From: Marsupella aquatica
Taxonomy: Eukaryota > Plantae > Marchantiophyta
Reading direction: 5' to 3'
Length of the DNA stretch: 64,000 nucleotides
NCBI GenBank assembly: GCA_973895155.1
Contig: OZ316892.1
Coordinates: 29,084,932 to 29,148,931 of the forward strand
Part shown: one piece after another, positions 27,201 to 39,699 of the stretch
How positions within the stretch are numbered: the stretch's first letter is position 1
Layout: every line of letters starts with the position of its first letter
Position numbers and translations under genes: made by a program
The notes under the pieces: generated by a model
The model's database searches: none
What the model saw: only the letters and a program-made list of their open reading frames with translations
Told to the model about the DNA's origin: nothing

Positions 27201-30148
27201 ATCAAGATAGTATTGACTCAGATATTTATTCGATTCTTCCAAAATAGCATAAAATTGGAAGAGGAAGGAAATGTTCAAATTTTGACTTCAGAACATCGAG
27301 AATTCAAATTTGTACATACCGCCTACGTCTTAGAAAATGAAATGCGAATTTTCGCCGAAGAGTCTCATGTGGTAAGCGATCCACTCCCTTGCTCGGTAGG
27401 GGCTGATTGAACCGCGGAGAGGAGATCCACAGTACAAGTAGTCATACTGGAACTGATCGTCAGAAACGGATCCGTTGTAAGCTCCCGGTTCCTCAACCAT
27501 GGCCACGAATTCCACACCTCGCAATCCATTGTATGTGTACGATTCGTCATGATTCGCAATCATCATCAACTGACCACCTTCACCATCGAGGCCGACCGGC
27601 GAATCGAAGGTACAATACACCACTACAGCGATGTATGCCACAGGGTCATCATATTTCACATCGTCATCTGTATACGACGTGGCTGTACCATTGATCACGT
27701 CATCACTGAACCCTTCTCCATCTCCATGTGTTGCCTGCCAAATCGCCAATCTACATCATTATCCTCATTTACACAAAATATTCTTACGCTCTGCACGATC
27801 GTTAACAGCCACTTGACTTAAAAGCCAAGCTTGGTCCCAAGTAATGTCTACTGAGGACTGGCACAAATTCTTGCGTCCACTGAACTTTCCCAATCAATTG
27901 TCGGAAGATTTAAGGGTAATTGAGAGTCGAAGTTAAGTTGTGGTTCCAGAGAATTTGTCCTCAATGGTCATAGCACAACCGCACGACGGCACGGACTCGT
28001 CCACAAAATAAGACTTAGGTTCCAAATCTGCAGGCCAGCAGCCCTCACACAACCAAATGAACGTAGAATCGGAAAAGAAATCCAAAGAAGACTGGGAGTC
28101 TCGTTGGCCAGGTCAATGGTCTGTGAGGTGACTGACCTCGGTGGAAATATTTGATGTCGATCTCGATGACGAAGGTCGGACCCAAGAACACTTGAAGGAA
28201 GGCTTGCTCACTCGATACAAATGCTTAGTGCCCAGTCCTGTCACCCCAAAGGTCGTGGGAGTCGTGCGGTAAGCGCCCACCAGGACGAACAGGAACGCGC
28301 TAATGCCCATGGGAACGAGTCTTCTTGGAGTCTCTCCGTAGGCCTCTTCCCCGAATCTTTCATGCTCCCTGATGTCCTTCACTTCCGGAGACTCCCACTC
28401 CCACTTATACTGCACTTCGGAGCGCCCTTCCCGATTGGCGTTAAGCTGTACATTCAATATTCAATTGCACTTTGTAACTGACCCGTTTGAAACGTAGACG
28501 GAGAGAGGGACAGGACAATGAGTTTGGTTGGGAATACCTCACGTACTGTACTTCCAGGCCCGTGAACGGAATTTTCTTTTCGACCCGTGCGCGAACTTCT
28601 AAGACAGGATTATGACCCTACAACATCAGAGAAGAGTTGACATGTTGATAGAATCAAGAGTTGGCATCTAGTCCTGAAAAGTTTGAAGAGTCGAGGAAAT
28701 GATTGTGAACGAGTTTGCAACATAAGTGAAGGATTTGCGACGTTCGTAGGTTAAGGGTCAACTTAAAAAGGTTAGCACCTAGCTCCTGTCAAGTACGAAC
28801 TTCGAGTACGTCTTTTGACAACATACGAGAAGGACTGGATCTGTTCATTTTTAACTAACCTCTCAAGGATAGCATCCTAGCCGGAACAGTTGCAAGCTTC
28901 TCAGACACGTTCGTATCCCCAAAAATCATTGATTTGAGAGGTGTTCGGTTCGTTCTCGACGTACGGTAACAAGTTATGCATCCATTTTAGCCTGGTATGG
29001 ACTACAAAGACATGGTTGCGATTCTACCAAACCAGAGGAAAAGTTGAGAATAGAGTCTACCGAAGAAGGTCAGTATGTGTCTAAACAGTTTTCATCCTCA
29101 GCATGTATAATCGATTTCTGATGTTACGACAAAAAGGTCTCGGGTATTCTACTTCTCGGACTCCACTGCGTTGTCATTTTTCATTCGTGAGTGTTGGCAA
29201 TCTTTCGGCAAGTCGATGATAGTATGATACCGTTGTCCATAGTAGGTCATGGTCAACTGAAAATGGATAGCATCTAGCGCCAGTCAGGGACGAAGTTCGA
29301 GGACTTCGTTTGACAACACATGAGAAGGACTGGATCTGTTCATTTTTAATTAACTCAATAATAGCATCCTAGCCAGGACAGGTGCAAGCTTCTAAGACAG
29401 GTTCGGATCCCCAAACATCACAGGACTTTAGAGCTGTTCGGTTCATTCTCGACCTACGGTACCAAGCATAGCATCTAGTTTTAGCCTGGTGCAGACAACA
29501 AGGACATGATTGCGACTCTGGGAGCTGGAGAATAGTCCTGACCGTTCATGGTCGACCGAAGAAGGTCAGTATGTGACTAAACAGTTTTCATCCTCAGAAC
29601 GTAAAATGGGTTTCTGATTTTAAGACAAAAAGGTCTCGGGCATTCTTCTTCTTGGATTACACATTCATTCGCAAGTGTTGGCAATGTTTTGGTAAATAGA
29701 TAATACCGTTGTCGGACAAAACTTCAGCTCAACATTCTGGGAGTATCAAGGTTACTTGGTATGCCGTCACGTCAACACTCGTGCTCAGCTCGTACACAGT
29801 TCACTCACTTCAGAACGAAACTAGTAGATAGTGTTTACAAAACTCTTTCTCACGAAAAGCTTGACGGAACTGGGGCACCACTTCAAAACGCACATCCTAA
29901 AAAAATTCAGCTGCTGGCCGGAGGGAATGGAAGAAGTGGATTGAACTTACGCTCTCACGAGACACTGCTCCCCATCCTCCAGATAGTGAACTGTACACGC
30001 TCCCGTCATCCGACCAGCTCGCAAAGAAGTATTGCAGGGAGATCCCGACCGTGAGAATCAAGGCGAGAATAATCCCCCAATGGCAGGTGTGCGCAATAAT
30101 CATTCTCGAGTCCAGTCTCAAGCGCTCACTCATAGATTTCGTCGTCAT
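24232..30148 (-). pseudogene. GT92/GALS-like copy B, probable pseudogene
   Basis: Same exon layout as copy A. TAC>TAA nonsense at 27330-27332 in the SHFIF(Y)DxGG motif. A 7-bp duplication (ATTCAAT, ~28452-28465) frameshifts exon 3 under the copy A splice model. Confidence 0.85.
28746..29735. repeat. Tandem ~500-bp duplication inside intron 1 of GT92 copy B
   Basis: The segment GTAGGT..GGTCAAC...ATACCGTTGTC occurs at ~28746-29237 and, more diverged, at ~29242-29715. Copy A has one version (~17086-17570). Confidence 0.85.
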
Positions 30149-31063
30149 GATGAAGAGGCTATTCGGATGCCCTGGAGATCTCAGGCGCGGTCTCCAAATA
30201 GGCCTCTCTTCTATATGAGTCCGGAGTTCTCATTTCCACTCAACAGGCGTCAGCGGTGCAGCGTTTTTTTGACGCAACGACCATAGCAAGGACGTTCCAC
30301 CTGAGCTGTTCTACCTGAGCTGAGAGACGACGAGCGAAGTGAGGGCTCTCCTTAACAAAACTGTTGGCCGTCCATCCCTGCTCATGCACGAATCTTAATT
30401 TTCGACAGTGGCAAATTAGAACATGATAGCAGAGACTCCCGATTCCGCAGAAACATTCGAGTGAGCTGCAGGAGCCATCAGTGCACAAAATTCTAGTACG
30501 TCAAACTGAGACATCATCGAGTGAATGCTCGAAAAGCCCGTCCGTCCGTGCACAGACAGATTGTAACGCAAAGATTTCTGAGCCCAGTTTTTCCATGAAA
30601 CGTTTAAGCCTGCCGCATCAGTGTAGTGAAAAGATCGAGCTAAGATTTCTTGGGCAAATGCTTCGACCTGGTTGCGAACGAATTGGACGAAACAGAATGT
30701 AAATAATAGTAGAGCTAGACTAGAGAACAGCCGCTTCAACCTCGTACTCTATTTGCAAGCAAAAGGAAGAATCAAAGGAGCTCGCTCTCCCATAGACTGA
30801 GTGAGAGATGGCGTAGCTCAGAACGAGAAGTGACACTGCTGCACCAACACACATCTTCTTCTTCTTCTTCTTACCATACTTACTATACTATACTATACTT
30901 ATTATTATACTAGCATACTACCCTATCCCGCCAAAAGTGTATGTCTTCAGTTTACAAAATTATTGGTGGGAAGATTCAGTGACCCTTGGATTTACAAGTC
31001 CCTTTATCCTAACCGTTCATTTGTCAAAAACAAATCCCTCAACCCCAACAAACAAAGACAAAG

Positions 31064-31204
31064 TATTTTGGGATACACAACGATTCTCTGAGAAGGGGAC
31101 ATGATGGCACTATTTTGGGATCCACAACCATTCTCTGAGAAGGGGACATGATGGCACTATTTTGGGATCCACAACCATTCTCTGAGAAGGGGACAAGATG
31201 GCAC
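31064..31204. repeat. 47-bp tandem repeat, 3 copies
   Basis: TATTTTGGGATCCACAACCATTCTCTGAGAAGGGGACATGATGGCAC at 31064, 31111 and 31158. Confidence 0.95.
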
Positions 31205-32813
31205 TTTATGTGAATGCCATGTGTTGCCATTGGAATGGGGCACTTGGGACACCATTATGAAGACATAAAGGAGGAAGGAAGACATAAAGGTCAAAGTAGG
31301 GAGGGGAAGTAATGATACACCCATGGGCGAAGGGATGAATAGTATCATACACTCACATAAATACAAGATAGAGGAGAAGACAACATGGAGCAAAGGAAGG
31401 TGAAAATATTAAATATTAAACTATAATGATTGCGCCCTTTTATACCCTGGTAGTCATTCAAATATAGAGTGTCCAAAAAACGATTCTAGCAAAAGAGAAA
31501 GGAATAAATAAAAGATATTAAAGTTTAGTGTGAATGAAAAGGGAACTAACACTCTTCAAAAACGGAAACACTGAAATGAGACAACGAAAAAGCAGAAAAT
31601 TAGTAACTAAGCGCATGCAAGCACAAGTATCAACGATGATCCCTCTACTTTCCATCGATGCATATGTGAGAACAAGATGTTGTTTTGAATGCAAGTAAAA
31701 AATGTACTATTTATCTTCCATTTTTTGATGATAATTATCAAAAACTATAATAAACTATGGCACCAATTTATACCATGGTCATTTTTCAAAATTGCGGGGC
31801 TGTTTTGGGTGAAAAAATCAAAACCAGAAAAAATTGAACTAATAAGACAAAAAAACTCAAGTGGAAACTCAAGCCATCACTTGGATTGCAATGCTGCAAT
31901 GTCAGCACCAAGCCTTGCAAGTCGCAATCCCCCTCCTGCGGCCAGCCCTGCCCAGCTCGCGGCCGCCAATGCTGGCTGGCTGGCTTGGGGCAGGGCTGGC
32001 CATGCAGCATGACTGGCTGGCTCCGCCCTCTGCCTCCCAGGCCCCCTCTTGCCTCCCCACCTCGTGGCCCCTCCTCCCTACTCCCTCCTGCCCCTCCCGC
32101 CTCCCCACCCCACTCTCCCTGGCCTCTCGCCCTCTTGCCCCAACTCTCCCTCCTCGCGCTCCCCCACTCAACCCTAAAAGCCTGCCTTGACAACCCACCC
32201 GATCCCCGCCCTCGCCCTTGCCTGGACTTGGTCTGGCCCTTGGACTCGGTCTTGCGTTTCGGACTCGGCCTCACACCTAGACCGAGGACCGGGTTCCAAC
32301 TGGTTTTTTTTTGTCCTCCCACATGGAGGCCTGACAAAACGCAACAATCCTCTACCCTAACTCATCTCCAAAATTATGGAGTTTTTTTAGTTAACATATT
32401 TTACTTGACAATGCCTTTTACTAACGACATCCCATTACTTACCCACATATTTCAATTGGCGTAACGACATCTTTTTAATATTTAACGACGCCTTTATGCC
32501 ATGGTATTTTTACCTATTAACGACATCATTTACACAATGACATCTTTTTACTTAATGACATCTTTTACGCCATGATCTCTTGGCCGACACATCATCTTCC
32601 TCTCAACAACCTCTTGGCCGACATGACATCTTTTACGCCATGATCTCTTGGCCGTCATGACATCTTTTCTTCTCAATGACATCTTGGCCGTCATGACATC
32701 TTTTGTGCAACCCACACGTATTGAGCTAGTAAAGATAATAATAATAATAATAATAAGAGAATAAGAGAAAAAAGGAGGAAAAAAGGAAGATAAAAATAAA
32801 TATAATAATAATA

Positions 32814-33105
32814 TAACTTTTTATTAACTTGTCCCCCAAACAGAATTAATTATCAACTTGTTTCCCATTTTGTATTTAGGTTAATATTAACTCGTATATG
32901 GGTTCCTGTAACCAAGTGAGGGCGAGGAAGGGGTGCCACAGTGGGCTCAGGCTATCCAGTAGCAACTTGTCACATGGTAATGGGAACCCATATACATGTT
33001 CATTTTAATACAAATATGAAATGGGGGACATGTTGATGGTTAATTTTGTTTTGGGGGCACCTTAGCAATATTGGGTAGTTTGGGGGACAGGTTAATAAAA
33101 AGCTG
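32814..33105. mobile_element. MITE-like long imperfect palindrome
   Basis: AACTTTTTATTAACTTGTCCCCCAAAC pairs with GTTTGGGGGACAGGTTAATAAAAAGCT. Inner arms also pair (GTATATGGGTTCC / GGAACCCATATAC). Inserted in an (AAT)n tract. Confidence 0.75.
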
Positions 33106-35949
33106 AATAATAATAATAAGGCAATAAGAGGAGAAAAGGAGGAGAAAAGGGATACCTGTGCCTTTCATTGGGGTTTTTTTTTAGGGGGGGAAGGGGGGAG
33201 GGGGTGGCAGAAGGGAGAGGCAGCCCAAGAGAAAGGGGGGAGAGGAGGCAATGGAGAAGAGGGGGTTGTCACCCTCCACCTAGGGTTGTGTAAATGTGTG
33301 TGCTTTTGTCCTCATCTAACTCCATTATCACTTTTGTAACAATATCTTTTTGACATCATTTCTCCTCCATTTTACATATTTTCCTAACCTCAATATTATT
33401 TTTTTGCCTTGACATCTTTTAATCATCTCAACAACTTTTCTCCCCTCGACTTCTTTTGCACTCCACAACATCATTTTGTCTCCTTGACATTTTTTCTCAC
33501 CTCAACATTTTATCTTTTTCTCATCTTGCCATCTTTTTCTCACCTTGACATCTTCTTCTCACCTTGCCTGCTTTATCTCATCTCGCCATCTTTTTCTCAC
33601 CTTGACATCTTTATCTCATCACAACATCTTTTTCTCTCCTCGACATATTTTCCTCACCTTAAACATATTTTTCTCACCTTGCCATCTTTTCTCCCTTGAC
33701 ATCTTTCTTCACCTTTCAGACTTCTTTTATCTCATCTTGACATCTTTTTCTCATCTTGACATCTTTATCTCATCATGAATCTTTTTCACTTCTCAGCATC
33801 TTTTCCTCGCCTTAACATCTTTATTCACCTTGACTTTCACTTCAAGATCTTTCTTCACCTTGACTTTCACTTCAAGATCTTTCTTCACCTTGACATCTTT
33901 TGTGTAACGCACAGGCATGGGGCTAGTTGAACTAATAATAGATTATTAGCTCAGCCACTATGGCTTGCATGTGGACTGGTGGCTTCTCACACTATGGGAG
34001 TAGGGGGCTTTACAACTTGGGGCAGCCATACATACGTGAGAACTGGCCACACTTCACTTTGCATGAACTTGGGGGCTCAATCTAGCCAAAACCTACTGTA
34101 GTCATCTATAGGTGAGACCCTTGTGAGTCTCTTTTATCGAACCATTACCAAACCTAGTCATCTATAGGTAAGACCCTTTTGTCAAAAACTTAGATCACGA
34201 GGTGGTCTACAAAACTAGAGCACACCTGGGGCAACTTAGGAGGACTTTACAAGACGTGGGGGCACTTGGGAGTTTTTTTCACCAAAGCAAACAAGAGGGC
34301 CATTGCACACACTAAATATAGTGTTCCGGGGCTAAAAAATAAAATTGAATCCTTTTATTGCCCCCAAGGTCTTGTAAAGCCAAGTGCAACCAATGGTGCC
34401 AGATTAATTGACTAAAAGACAGATTGAGGACCCACTCCACTTGAATGTCAGGTAATCTTTAGCTAAAGTCTTTGTAAATGTGAGAAGAGAAGATCTTAGG
34501 AAGGACTTGTGGGTCCCTTTTTAATGCAAAGGACTTGAAATAGAAATGGACCAAGAGCATAGAAGAAGAGACCACTAAGAGGCAAGAGAGGTGATCTAAA
34601 ATCTAGGACAAAAGAGTGCTCCACATAAGCAAAAATTGGGCCCCACTACATTCCATGTAGGATTGGTAACAGGTTCGGTTGAAAGTGCCCCCAATGTTTA
34701 ATTTGTAAAGTGAACAGCAGCAGTTTCTCCAAATGGATGGCTCTGATCAGAGCTTGGAGACAAAAAAAATGTGAAAACTGCCCCCAAAGTCTTGTAAAGC
34801 CCCTTAGTTTAAGGGAATTGTATTTATTATTTCCAGACATGACACTTTTGGCTCAGGCATTAATTTTTGTGTGTGGAAGTGACCATCAACTTATTCTGGA
34901 CCACGGTTCCTGGAAAACTCATTAATGACTCTTGAGAGGAGCCACCAAGGGCCCATTCACTCCTATTCCCATAGAACAAATAAATTTGGTAAAATACCTT
35001 TCTTGTTCAGTAACTTTTCAAACAGAGTTCTCAAAAGACAACTGACAGAAACCCATAGTTCCCTGACGGAACTGAACCCCCATCTCTTAACCCAACCCAG
35101 CACAAACCCATCTGTTCACAGTCTAACCCACAGTAAACCCAGGACGGACACCGCGGCTGTGATTGCCATGGTTGTGGTCGCTGCAGCAGTTCACTACTGG
35201 TTGTCACCCTTCTTGAAGACATCCCCTGAGATGTCTTCATTCAAATTTTGTTGAATACATGCAACACTATGTCTTCGTTCACAAAATGGAAAACAAAAAT
35301 GCGGACGCAGTTTTGGCGGAATCATTTCTCAGTTCCGCAACATTTTGATCCGTCGGCCGCATCTCCTCTTGGGTTTTCTGAATCACAGTTGTTTACGAGG
35401 GTGATTTTAGGAGACAGCGGAGCTTGAGAAAGCTTCTTTGAATGACTATGTGATCCTTTGATTGGAACTGATTGTTAGCAACGAGATGCAGCTGACAGTT
35501 GTAATGCAGTTGACAGTTGTGAGGCCGATCATGCCGTCTGCCCTTACGTCATGGTCGGGCGTTCTCTTACCTCTGTACTCGTTTAGAATGTACTCAAGCT
35601 TGCACTTCTACTAACATGTTTGCCTAAAGCTTATTCTTCCATGGTACATCCTTGCTCTTGGTTAATGCTCGTGAATCCATCTTTAATTTGGTCCAGACTT
35701 GGTACAGAAAGCTTGAAGTGTATCATTGAAACTCATTTTGTGTCCTGTAAGGACATGGAAGACATATCAGCCTTTGTCTTGGGATTGACCTGTGAGTTTG
35801 GCCCTAAAGCCTTTGTCTAAAAAAGAAATTTTCTCAAAGATTTAATTCAGATTGATTTACCATCCATAACACATGTATGATTAAAAAAACTAATACATCA
35901 AATTAGAGCAGCTCAAATTAATTTGTAGGATCCCATAGTACGCTCCATG

Positions 35950-37080
35950 CACACCCATTAGCACTAGCCAAATCCAGGCTCTATCAAGCTGAAGTGAAGC
36001 GGCTCCTCCCTCCTGAATTCCTATTGCAGAATAATTAGACTGGGTATTTGACCGTGAGCATCGTGCTACGCTGAAAGAGGCTACTTAATCCTAGCGAAAG
36101 CATCTGCTTCTAGATGTGGTATTCTTCTCTTAGAAATGTTGCTGTTTTACCAGCCTCCTCCAATTAAATCCATGTGAGGAAGTGGTGGTGGAATCATCGA
36201 GAACACGGAAGAGGGACTAGCTATCTCTCGTACTTGACTTCCAGGTTCATGTAAATTGCTGAAGGGGAAAAATGAAGTCGCCGCAGAAGAGTATATCGCT
36301 CCGTCTGGAATGATCTCGAAGAATGCCTTTTGAAAGAATACATGCCACTGAATGTCTTCAAAATGTGCACATAACGATCTCAAAATCACCTTGGGCGACT
36401 ATGCGATTGCCGTTTGGGTTAATGGAGGGTTAGCAGGACAGAAGTGAGTTTGGTTCCCTCAAGTTCCTCCACATTCAGTCTGTTGCTCATGGAGGAGAGG
36501 ACACATCAGTCTCTTGCTTATCGAGGAGAGGACGGAAAGTGAAATGAATTCACTCAAGTGAATTGGTGATGTGGTAAGAGAATATAAGAGATGGGAGTGG
36601 GCCCTTGGTGGGACCTCTATAGAGCCATAAATGAGTTCTCCAGGAACAGTCGTCCAGAATATCAACTTTGCTTTGGATGGAGAGACAATGAACGCCCCCT
36701 TACTCTTATAAAAGTATACATCAGAGTGCCAAAAGGCAGAACCTGGAGACAGGATCCGACAGGCAAAACAACCCAATGAAGGGGAGAGAAAGGAGGGGGT
36801 AAAGCCATAGGAAAGAAGTGAGTAAAGCCTGCCTATGGCACTGGAAGCTTTTTTGCCTGTTGTTTCTTGTTCTCTTTCTAATTTTGGGGGTTTTCTTACT
36901 CATTTCCTTTCAGTGCTCATTTGCCTTTTGTTTCTTGCCCTCTTTCTAATTCTTATTCTTTTGCCTCTTGTTCTTTTTCTGTATCTACTGTAGGTGTTGG
37001 TTTGTCCTCGTATGATCTCTTTTGTTTGTTCTTCATTGCATTATGTTTGGCTCTTGGACTTGAGACTTGGGTTAAAAACA
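35950..37080 (+). mobile_element. Possible highly decayed LINE 3' end
   Basis: Fragments resembling the zf-RVT/C-terminal region (E..HLLLD, VWND), followed by a T/C-rich 3' UTR-like tract and a short A-rich end. Confidence 0.3.
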
Positions 37081-39699
37081 AAGATGTGACGTTGCAAAAA
37101 CAGTGGCTGAAGAAGCGTTGTCCGGGAATTGGGGAGAACCGCCCTCATGCACCAGAATTTAATGAGAAATTCGTACTAGAAAGCCGTCCTCCCAGTTCAC
37201 TCGTACAGTAGACAATTCATTGATGTCATTGCCACTGAGCCACATGAAAACTCGTGCTCCACTCCCTCCGTTGAGACGACGTGGGAGTTAGAGGATCCCC
37301 CGACTCGTAGGAACAAATCTTGTGCAAGCAGCGAACAGAATGATGTCAATCAGCTACAGTTAATTCTGTCTTTAATAACGCACACTCTACAGTCGATAAG
37401 TGCATAATGTGGAAGTGCGGTCCATGGGTAACTACAGGGTGACCGTGGAGAAGTGCATAGTGTTTAAGTGCATTCTATGGGTACCTGCAGGTTGATCATG
37501 TAATCCCATTATCTTACAATATTTATTTTTTATAAATGGACCAAAAATTGCACCAATACTTTGTAAGGCAGGTGAATATCACTAAAAGTCAAATACATAA
37601 CTGCATTTTTGTCTAGAAGCATTTATTATTACAACATATATGCTAGAAGCATTTATTGATCAGTGCATTGGATAACTATATATGTACTTATCAAATTGAA
37701 TGATAAAGTATGAATATTTTGGGTATGAGGAGTCTAGATACCAACGCGGATATACTAGAGGCTCCATTATTATTGCGATATTGACATGTTGTGCTAAATG
37801 AATCGAAACCAAAACTAGAGCTGTTTCACAGTTATCTGTTTTCTCATCAAAGAATCACGGGCGATAAGCAGCTAAGAAATCCGCTCGCCAACAAACCAGC
37901 CAGAATTGATTAATCATTTGACCACTGTAGATACTTTGGACTGAATTGAGTGAATTCCTTCAGGGCCTCGACATGATTATTCTAGTGCAGATCGGAGTTC
38001 CTGACGTCGTGTAGATATGGTAGCCACGGGATAGCCACTCTCCCTAGCCACGAGATGGCCACTCTCGGAGTCTCGGTGGTCTCAGGGTTTAAGGGTACTG
38101 GGGTAGGTCATTCTGACACAATCTTGGTGGAGCAACTCCATGCACAACAGAATCGACGCCGGTTATCATTCACCCTATCAGGACAGCTACTGTAGACGAG
38201 AATGAACCAAAAAAGGAGGGAATTGAGTCGTTGACATAGGAACACGCAACATTGGAAGAAGCAAAACTGCAAAAGGGATTTGAACGTGGGTCCAGCACTC
38301 CAGGCCTCCAGCGTTCAAATCCGCCGACTTAGAGTGCGGTATTCATTCCGGGAATGTCAGTCGTCAGTGATCCAGCATCAGTATCGAGAGTCAGCGCCCT
38401 CGCCAGGCTGCCCCACGCCCGAAAGCCCGGCTCAACCCGCACACTGGCACACACGCGGACACGCCCCACACTCACCTTACGACGATCCGACTCAGCCCAC
38501 CCGTTTGCCAGTAGGAAAGGGTGCCCCCTGACGCAGAGCAGTGGGTATTGTTCGGATGGGCAGAGTTTAATAATGAACACCCAACACAGCTAAAGGTCAA
38601 ATGTATAGGTTGATGCGCATCTACTGTCTCTATATTAGAAAGGGTGCCCGGATCCAAAGCTTTTGGTGTTATTTTTAGTTGTCGGTGATACAGGTTGCTA
38701 TCAGTTCCAATAACAGGGGTTGCCATGCGTGAGCAGTGGGTTGCTGGGCTCCGTTGAACCTTTACGGGCCGGGAAATGAGTGGTGTCCACAAACAACTTC
38801 AGATATCTGTTCTTGATTTGTCTCGATGACTCGACCGGCTGTAATCGAGGCAATACTGGAATCTCCTCACAAATTGTGCCTCAAGGATCATCTCTGTTGA
38901 CATGGAATATCATATCAAATATTCTTGTGATGTCCTTGTGATGTTTACATATCTTTTCGATTGGCAGGACTTGCCTTCCAAAACATTCAATTGCTTGTCG
39001 TGGCAACTTTGCTAGGATCCAATCCTGCTTCAAAATTTCCTTCTTCTCTCCTAAAGACATTCTCAAGCATAAAGGCGTCACAAACGATCTAGTAAATTGA
39101 ATAATCATTTCTGGCTTGCCTTGCCAGACGAAAGAGCGCTTCCTACAATTCCAGCTCAATGTGGTCCACGAGTGTAATGGACAAAGATAGGATGAAGCAA
39201 TAGTAAGTTGATGAAATCATGTTCCTGATGTTCTTGATGTTCCTGATGCTATGATGCAGGTCACCGATCATCCTGCTGCTCGATCCGGCCGAGTCCGATA
39301 CTTATTCTATGCGTGCTAGGATCCATATTGTCGACAGGGCAGCAATAAATGCTCGGTCCACCTCTGGGTAGACCGTAGACGTCTGGAATTTCATAACAAT
39401 CAAATCGATCTTACATGGACACCTTGGCAATTGAATTCGTGAATAGGTTCTAATTAGCATTTTGGAACTTTTACAGATTCATCCACCTTTTGCAAGATCT
39501 GTCGAAGACCTTTTGAACGGAATTTTTACAACAAAACTATTGGGGCTACACAATATCCATCATCGTGCTAACCCATAGTTGTGATCTGTTTTCATGCTCT
39601 TTTTCTCTCCTGGACTTTTCTATTTTTTTGCCTGGAAAGAACCAGCTGAATTCCATTCAAATAGCCAACATACAGAAAGGAGGGCCCAAAAAGGCACCA

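Larger units (their letters stand above)
12100..30825. repeat. Tandem segmental duplication of the GT92 locus: unit A ~12100-18720, unit B ~23647-30825
   Basis: Collinear similarity over exons, introns and flanks, e.g. GAGAGGAGTGGG..GATCTCCAAAG at ~12101 and ~23647, and ATGGCG(A)TAGCTCAGAAC at ~18699 and ~30808. Confidence 0.95.
30854..33926 (+). mobile_element. Non-autonomous Helitron-like region with two 3' termini; 5' boundary tentative
   Basis: TGTGCAACCCACACGTATTGAG-CTAG|T (ends 32729) and TGTGTAACGCACAGGCATGGGG-CTAG|T (ends 33926) resemble CpG-decayed plant Helitron ends (CGTGCAACGCACGGGCA..CTAG). Each is preceded by TGACATCTTT-rich repeats. Possible A|TC start at 30854. Confidence 0.5.

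Noticed and set aside
31689-32464. Overlapping Pro/Gly/Arg-rich ORFs of 100-190 aa
   Set aside because: They arise from C-rich low-complexity sequence in a repeat region and show no domain signature.
33340-33900. Hydrophobic F/S/L-rich ORFs
   Set aside because: Translation of the degenerate CACCTTGACATCTTT repeat array.
35250-35370. F-box-like fragment on the minus strand (FSIL/NEDIVLHVFNK)
   Set aside because: About 15 residues, needs a frameshift and is followed by a stop; too little to call.
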